DNA of 64,000 nucleotides from an uncultured Alphaproteobacteria bacterium (GTDB lineage Bacteria; Pseudomonadota; Alphaproteobacteria; Rhizobiales; Xanthobacteraceae): NCBI GenBank assembly GCA_963758945.1, contig CAVWXY010000021.1, positions 191,614 to 255,613 of the forward strand, read 5' to 3'. Shown piece by piece: positions 58,498 to 64,000 of this stretch (position 1 is its first letter; each line of letters starts with the position of its first letter). The notes under the pieces were generated by a model. It saw only the letters and a program-made list of their open reading frames with translations, ran no database searches and was not told where the DNA came from. The position numbers and the translations under genes were made by a program.

Positions 58498-60360
58498 GTG
58501 AGCGCGCCTGTGTCCCTGCCTATTCTGCTCCGCCGCGCGGCACCAAGCTGTCTGGCGGCGTCCTGCGCCGTCTTGCTCGGCCTCGCCGCCGGCAACGGCG
58601 GTGGTGCGACCGGCCGCGCCCATGCCGCCGAGGCCCGGCATGGCATCGCCATGCACGGCGAACCGGCGTTGCGCGAGGGATTCACCCAGCTGCCCTACGC
58701 CGATCCGGCCGCGCCCAAAGGCGGACGTCTGGTTCAAGGCGTGCTCGGCACCTTTGACAGCCTCAACCCCTTCATCGTGAGGGGGATCGCGCCGCAGTCG
58801 ATCCGCGGCTACGTGGTCGAGAGTCTGATGGCGCGCGGCTATGACGAGCCGTTCACGCTCTACGGATTGATCGCCCGCGCGGTCGAGACCGACGCGCAGC
58901 GCAGCTACGTCACCTTTCACCTCGACCCGGCGGCCCGATTCTCCGACGGCACGCCGGTCACCGTCGACGACATCATTTTCTCCTGGCAGCTCTTGCGCGA
59001 CAAAGGCCGGCCGAACCATCGCACCTACTACGCCAAGGTCGCCAAGGCCGAAGCGGTCGGCGAGCGTGCCGTGCGCTTCGATCTCTCCGGCAGCGAGGAT
59101 CGCGAATTGCCGCTCATCCTCGGATTGATGCCGGTGCTCGCAAAGCACGCCGTCGATCCCGAGAGGTTCGAGGAGACCTCGTTTCGGGCCCCGCTCGGGA
59201 GCGGCCCTTACGTCGTCGCCGACGTCGACGCCGGCAAGAGCGTGACGCTCAAGCGCAATCCGGCCTACTGGGGACGCGACCTCGCAGTCAACCGCGGCCT
59301 CTGGAATTTCGACGAGATCCGCTTCGATTATTACCGTGAGGCCAATTCGCATCTCGAGGCGTTCAAGCGCGGTCTCTACGACGTGCGCAACGAGCACGAT
59401 CCGGGGCGCTGGCAAACCGCGTATGATTTCTCCGCGGTGCGTGACGGCCGCGTGATCAAGGAGGCGCTGCCGACCGGGGTGCCGAAGACGAGCACTTTCT
59501 TCGTGTTCAACACGCGCCGTGCGATCTTCTCCGACATCCGCGTGCGCGAGGCGATCTCGCTGCTGTTCGATTTCGAATGGATCAATCATAGCTACTTCTT
59601 CGATCTCTATCGCCGCACCGCGAGCTATTTCGCAGGCTCCGAGCTGTCCTCGCACGGCCGGCCGGCCGATCGCCGAGAACGGGCGCTGCTGGCGCCGTTT
59701 CCGGATGCCGTTCGCGCCGACGTGCTCGAAGGCACCTGGTCCCCGCCGGTCAGCGACGGCTCCGGGCGCGACCGCGCCACGCTCAGGCGCGCGCTCGACC
59801 TGTTCACGGCCGCCGGCTACGAGCTGCGGGCCACCGGGCTCGTCGAGCGCAAGAGCGGCCGTCCGTTCACGTTCGAGATCCTGGTCGCGGCCCGCGACGA
59901 GGAGCGGCTCGCGCTGTTGTTCACGCAGAGCCTGAAGCGCGCCGGTATCGCCGCGCGCGTGCGCATGGTCGATGCGGTGCAATACGAGGGGCGTCGTCTC
60001 AGCTACGATTTCGACATGATCGAGAACCGCTGGGACCAGTCGCTATCGCCCGGCAATGAGCAGGCCTTCTACTGGGGGTCGGCCGCCGCCGACCAGCCCG
60101 GCACGCGCAATTACATGGGCGTGAAGAGTGCGGCCGTCGATGCGATGATCGCCGCCCTCCTCAAAGCGGAAAACCGGAAGGACTTCGTCGCGGCGGTGCG
60201 CGCGCTCGACCGCACGCTGATCTCCGGCTTCTACGTCATTCCCTTGTTCCATCTTCCCGCGCAGTGGATCGCGCGCTGGAGCACGATCAGGCGGCCGGCC
60301 GTGACCTCGCTCTACGGCTATCTCCCGGAGACGTGGTGGCGCGAACCGAGGGCGCCGTGA
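58498..60360 (+). CDS. ABC transporter substrate-binding protein, family 5 (YejA-like peptide/microcin binding)
   Basis: It has a signal peptide and a size of ~620 aa. It contains FDSLNPFIVRG...VTFHLDPAARFSDGTPVT..DDIIFSW. Confidence 0.8.
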   Translation: MSAPVSLPILLRRAAPSCLAASCAVLLGLAAGNGGGATGRAHAAEARHGIAMHGEPALREGFTQLPYADPAAPKGGRLVQGVLGTFDSLNPFIVRGIAPQSIRGYVVESLMARGYDEPFTLYGLIARAVETDAQRSYVTFHLDPAARFSDGTPVTVDDIIFSWQLLRDKGRPNHRTYYAKVAKAEAVGERAVRFDLSGSEDRELPLILGLMPVLAKHAVDPERFEETSFRAPLGSGPYVVADVDAGKSVTLKRNPAYWGRDLAVNRGLWNFDEIRFDYYREANSHLEAFKRGLYDVRNEHDPGRWQTAYDFSAVRDGRVIKEALPTGVPKTSTFFVFNTRRAIFSDIRVREAISLLFDFEWINHSYFFDLYRRTASYFAGSELSSHGRPADRRERALLAPFPDAVRADVLEGTWSPPVSDGSGRDRATLRRALDLFTAAGYELRATGLVERKSGRPFTFEILVAARDEERLALLFTQSLKRAGIAARVRMVDAVQYEGRRLSYDFDMIENRWDQSLSPGNEQAFYWGSAAADQPGTRNYMGVKSAAVDAMIAALLKAENRKDFVAAVRALDRTLISGFYVIPLFHLPAQWIARWSTIRRPAVTSLYGYLPETWWREPRAP

Positions 60361-60482
60361 TCCCCGGGCGATTGGCGCCGGTCGCGCTGCGTCCCCGACC
60401 GGCGTCGCGAGTTTTGTTGACGAGCCGTTAACAGCCCATCGCCTAAAGTAGCTGCTCCGTCCCGCGCAACCGGCTCGTCATC

Positions 60483-61742
60483 ATGGCGCTCTTGGGTCCG
60501 ATGGTGGTGGTCGCCGAGAGCTCGGCGGCCGACTTGGTCGACGTGCTCGGCAAGGCCGGCGCCTTCCCGATCGTGGAGACGCGTTGGGCCGACGTGCCTG
60601 CCGCGGTCGCCGAAATCCAACCGGTCGCGCTCGCCGTCGCCGATCCGCGCGGCACGCCGTCGCCGCAACACTTGCGTGCCGCCATTCATTGCATCGAGGC
60701 GCGCGGCGGCCCGATCATGCCGGTCATCGCGCTGGTGGAGCAGGACGGAAGCCCGACCATCCCTGATGCGCTGGCGATCGAGCTCGATGATTCGACCGAG
60801 CGGCTGGTTGCGCGACTGCACGCGGGGCTGCGAATCCGCACGCTGCACGCCACGGTGTTGCGACGCGCACGCAGTGCCGGCGCGAGGAAGAGTATTCCCA
60901 CCTGCGTTCCAAGCGACCTTCTCGACAACGCAACGGTGCTCTACATCGGCCGCGGCGCCTCCTATCCCGCGCTTTGCGCCGCGATCGGCGAGCGCGTCGG
61001 GCTCATCGGTGCGCTCGGCGTCGAGACCGCCGCACGCTTCCTCAACGCGCGCGATGTCGACGGCGTCATTATCGGCGAAGGGCTGGGTTCGCGCGTGGCA
61101 GAGGCGCTCTTGACCCTGCTCGCCGAGGACGCCCGCTTTCGCGATCTGCCGGTCGGACTACTCAACAATACCGGGGTCGACGAGGAGCGGCTGCCTAATC
61201 TGGTGCGCGTCGAGGCGGATCCAGTGCTGCTCGTCGATCGCGTGCTGCCCTTCGTGCGCCTGCAGGCATTCGAAAGCCGGCTCAAGCGCGTGCTGAAATC
61301 GCTCGAGACCGAGGGCGTCATCGATCCCGACACCGGGCTGCTCGGCGCGGAGGCGTTTTGGCGTGAGCTCGACCGCGCGGTGCAAGCAACCGAGGCAGGC
61401 CGCGGCGTGCTGTCGGTCGCGCGTTTCACCTTCGAAGGCGTCACCGATCGCCGTGCCCATACCGACGCCGCGCGTCTGTTCAGCCGGCTCGCGCGCGACA
61501 TCGACTTTGCCTGCAGCGAGCAGGATGGATCGATCCTCGCTACCTTTAACGGCAGCGACCTACGCAGCGCCCACGTGCTCGCGCGCCGGATCGCCAGCGT
61601 GCTCAGGCGCACCATGCTCTCGCCCGCCGGCGACCGCCGCACCATAAGGCCGACGATCACGCTCGCCTCGCTGAGGCGGCGCGACGATCTCGGAACGCTG
61701 ATGGCGCGCATCGGCGCCTGTCCGCGGGTTGCCGCCGAGTGA
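60483..61742 (+). CDS. PleD-like protein with receiver-like N-terminal modules and a degenerate GGDEF-like C-terminal domain
   Basis: The C-terminus reads IDPDTGLLGAEAFWRELDRAV...VARFTFEGV...LARDIDFACSEQDGSILATFNGSDLRSAHVLARRI. This follows the GGDEF fold pattern, but the GGDEF signature itself is lost (SEQDG). Confidence 0.45.
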   Translation: MALLGPMVVVAESSAADLVDVLGKAGAFPIVETRWADVPAAVAEIQPVALAVADPRGTPSPQHLRAAIHCIEARGGPIMPVIALVEQDGSPTIPDALAIELDDSTERLVARLHAGLRIRTLHATVLRRARSAGARKSIPTCVPSDLLDNATVLYIGRGASYPALCAAIGERVGLIGALGVETAARFLNARDVDGVIIGEGLGSRVAEALLTLLAEDARFRDLPVGLLNNTGVDEERLPNLVRVEADPVLLVDRVLPFVRLQAFESRLKRVLKSLETEGVIDPDTGLLGAEAFWRELDRAVQATEAGRGVLSVARFTFEGVTDRRAHTDAARLFSRLARDIDFACSEQDGSILATFNGSDLRSAHVLARRIASVLRRTMLSPAGDRRTIRPTITLASLRRRDDLGTLMARIGACPRVAAE

Positions 61743-61783
61743 CGGCGGGAATAATCTCGCGGCCGCCGCGCGAGGACCGTGCC

Positions 61784-62446
61784 ATGACTTCTGCCCTGCC
61801 GATCGACATGATCTCCGACGTCGTCTGTCCCTGGTGCTTCATCGGAAAACGCCGGCTGGAGAAGGCAATTGCGCTGCGGCCCGAGGTCGCGGTCGAGGTG
61901 CGCTTCCGTCCCTATTTCCTCAATCCCTGGGTGCCGCGCGAAGGGATCAGCCGGAAAGATTACCTCACCACCAAGTTCGGATCGCCCGAACGTTACGGCA
62001 GCATCGCGCAGCGGGCGGCGCAGGCTGCCGCCGCCGAGGGCCTGACCTATGCGCTCGATCGGATCCAGCGCCAGCCCAACACGCTCGACTGCCACCGCCT
62101 GATCCGCTGGGCAGACGAGATCGGCAACGCGGCGCGCATGAAGCAGCGGCTGATGGACCTTTACTTCACCGAGGGCGGCGATCTCACCGACCGCGAGCTG
62201 CTGGTCAAGGCGGCAGCCGACTGCGGCCTCGACGGCGAGCGGGTGCGCGAGCGGCTGGCGGGCGAGGACGACGTCGCGCAGGTCGAGCGCGACGCCGAGT
62301 CCGCCAAGGAGGCCGGCATCGACGGCGTGCCCTGCTTCATCTTCGGCGGTGTGCTCGCCGTGGAGGGCGCGCAATCTCCCGAATATCTTGCGCAGGCGAT
62401 CGATCGCGCGGCCAACGAATACGCCAAGCGCCCAGCCGCGGAATAA
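61784..62446 (+). CDS. DsbA-family oxidoreductase (FrnE / 2-hydroxychromene-2-carboxylate isomerase-like)
   Basis: Contains IDMISDVVCPWCFIGKRRLEKA (CPWC) and GIDGVPCFIFGG. Confidence 0.8.
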   Translation: MTSALPIDMISDVVCPWCFIGKRRLEKAIALRPEVAVEVRFRPYFLNPWVPREGISRKDYLTTKFGSPERYGSIAQRAAQAAAAEGLTYALDRIQRQPNTLDCHRLIRWADEIGNAARMKQRLMDLYFTEGGDLTDRELLVKAAADCGLDGERVRERLAGEDDVAQVERDAESAKEAGIDGVPCFIFGGVLAVEGAQSPEYLAQAIDRAANEYAKRPAAE

Positions 62447-62579
62447 GCCTAGGTGCGGCAGATTTGAAGTTCTTGATCATTGTAGCCGCAAGCCCTCTTG
62501 GCAACTCTAAATCAAAAGCCGTCATGGAATCATAAAGTTGCTGGTGTCTCTTTGACTCCAAAGTTCGGACACTGGCCGA

Positions 62580-63113
62580 TTAGAACAGCCCGCCTCGCGC
62601 GAAGCGCAGCGCCAGCACGAGCATCGCGCTCGCCGCGACCCACGAGCCCAAGATGCGCATGCCGATGCGCGGCACGGCCTTATCTTGCGCGCCGACGAGC
62701 CAGCCGGCGCCCCCGACGACGATCGCGAGCATGAGGCTCGCACCCAGTCCGGTGCCGATCAGCATGATCGTGCCGGCTGCGATCGAAATCGCGTCGGGCG
62801 GCGAGTCCAGCCCCAAGGCCACGCCCACAACGGCCGCCAGCAGCGCACAGGCGAGCGCCGGCAGCGGACGCCCGATCGCGACCAGGATGCCGGCCAAGCC
62901 CCCGGCAGCCAGGAGAACGTCTGCGGCCGGCGTTTGCCCGACCGCCAGCGCGATCGCGGACAGGCCAGCGGCCAACCCGGCGATGAATGCCGCCGACAGC
63001 AAAGGTCGTCGCCGCGCCTGCTGTTGGCCGATGAGAAGGCCGAGCGCCAGCAATGCCAGCGCATGCGCGGGCAGGGCCAGCGGGTGCAGCAATCCGCGCA
63101 CGAAGTCGGTCAT
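62580..63113 (-). CDS. HupE/UreJ-like membrane protein, divergent second copy
   Basis: ATGA overlap with the upstream hupE-like gene. It is a multi-pass hydrophobic protein. LLHPLALPAH occupies the place of the HPxxGxDH motif, and there is no HGxxHG motif. Confidence 0.5.
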   Translation of the reverse strand: MTDFVRGLLHPLALPAHALALLALGLLIGQQQARRRPLLSAAFIAGLAAGLSAIALAVGQTPAADVLLAAGGLAGILVAIGRPLPALACALLAAVVGVALGLDSPPDAISIAAGTIMLIGTGLGASLMLAIVVGGAGWLVGAQDKAVPRIGMRILGSWVAASAMLVLALRFARGGLF

Positions 63114-63715
63114 CCCGGTCCGCTCAGGAAGGCGACCCCGGCCAGCGCAATGACGCCGCCGGCGGCGCGGACGGTGAGGCGCCCGGCCGGCCAGCGCGCG
63201 AGCTGGCCGAAGGCGATCCCGGCGAGGTGGAGCAATCCGGTCGCGACCACGAAGCCGACGGAAAAGGCGACGGCATCGGCACCGGGCGGCAGCTCGACGC
63301 CATGGGCATGGCCGTGGAAGATCGCGAATGCGCCGACGAGGACGGCGGCAACCCACAAGGGCGGGCGGGCTGCGAGTGCCACCATCGAACCGAGCACGAT
63401 CGCGGATATGGCGATGCCGGCCTCGACGCCCGGCAACGGCACGCCGAGGATGCCCATGACGCCGCCGCCCGCCATGACCAGCGGAAACATCACCGGCAAC
63501 AACCAGATCGCGGGCGATCCGAGGAACGCGCCCCACAGACCGACCGCCACCATCGCGAGCACGTGATCCGGTCCGAACATGGGATGTAGGAACCCGCCGA
63601 GGAAGCCGCCGCTGCCGCTACCGCTGTGGGCGAAGGCGGGACAACTGGCGAGCAGCATCGCACCGGCAGGCGCCAGGACCAGGCGAAGGCACGGGACGGT
63701 TGCTCGCGCGCTCAT
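63110..63715 (-). CDS. HupE/UreJ-family nickel/cobalt transporter
   Basis: It has a signal peptide and contains FLHPMFGPDHVLAMVAVGLW (HPxxGxDH) and FAIFHGHAHG. Confidence 0.75.
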   Translation of the reverse strand: MSARATVPCLRLVLAPAGAMLLASCPAFAHSGSGSGGFLGGFLHPMFGPDHVLAMVAVGLWGAFLGSPAIWLLPVMFPLVMAGGGVMGILGVPLPGVEAGIAISAIVLGSMVALAARPPLWVAAVLVGAFAIFHGHAHGVELPPGADAVAFSVGFVVATGLLHLAGIAFGQLARWPAGRLTVRAAGGVIALAGVAFLSGPG

Positions 63716-63735
63716 GCGGCGGGACGCCGGTGCGC

Positions 63736-64000
63736 TCAGGCGGCTTTTGCCGGCTGCGCCAGCGCCGCCAGGTTGCGCAGCATCGCCGCGGTGCCGCGCA
63801 GCCGCGCCTCGGGCTGCTCCCAATCGTCGAAGAACACCACCTTCATGTCGGGACGCACCCGCGCAGCCGGCCCCTGGTCGCGGATGAAGGCCACCAGCCG
63901 GTCTGGATTCGCGAAGGTATTGTCGCGGAACGAAAGCACCGCGCCTTTCGGCCCGGCCTCGATCTTTTCCACATTGGCGCGCCGGCACAGGGACTTGATG
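63736..64000 (-). CDS. mfd: transcription-repair coupling factor Mfd, C-terminal fragment (the gene continues beyond the window)
   Basis: The ORF is open to the window edge. It contains ...IKSLCRRANVEKIEAGPKGAVLSFRDNTFANPDRLVAFI..., typical of the Mfd C-terminal domain. Confidence 0.75.
   Translation of the reverse strand, partial: IKSLCRRANVEKIEAGPKGAVLSFRDNTFANPDRLVAFIRDQGPAARVRPDMKVVFFDDWEQPEARLRGTAAMLRNLAALAQPAKAA

Overview
This is a high-GC segment that looks like Bradyrhizobiaceae (alphaproteobacteria); the taxon is an inference from composition and gene content. It has three parts.

(1) 1-27.8 kb holds the distal half of an Afp/PVC-type extracellular contractile injection system (eCIS). 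It runs from the baseplate J C-terminus and a P2 gpI-like wedge protein to an AAA+ ATPase, followed by four DUF4157-headed effectors. The sheath, tube and spike genes would lie upstream of the window. The recognisable effector domains are a split LAS/M15 peptidase, a nucleic-acid deaminase, a papain-fold toxin and a possible nuclease.
- Three collinear ORFs share one reading frame, are separated only by single TGA codons, and have PKD-like domains split across those stops.
- Four +1 frame breaks each lie directly after an in-frame GAR-YTC-G.

(2) 28.0-42.1 kb is a roughly 14 kb IS-rich island bracketed by two tRNA-Ser(UGA) copies; the left copy is degenerate.
- It contains an IS3 element with a nested IS110, and an IS5/IS427 element.
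- Between the IS elements sit a GMC oxidoreductase and a Liv-type ABC transporter.
- A lower-GC block holds a Fic protein and orphan small genes.

(3) 42.1-64 kb is housekeeping DNA: rimO, a phosphoesterase, a single-chain triple RidA fusion, bioA/bioFD, qor, terC, pcs, ubiH-like, a malyl-CoA-lyase-like gene, hspQ, ialB, a YejA-like binding protein, a DsbA-like gene, two HupE/UreJ genes and the mfd 3' end.

Many long antisense ORFs are high-GC shadow ORFs and were not called. I found no CRISPR array or rRNA.
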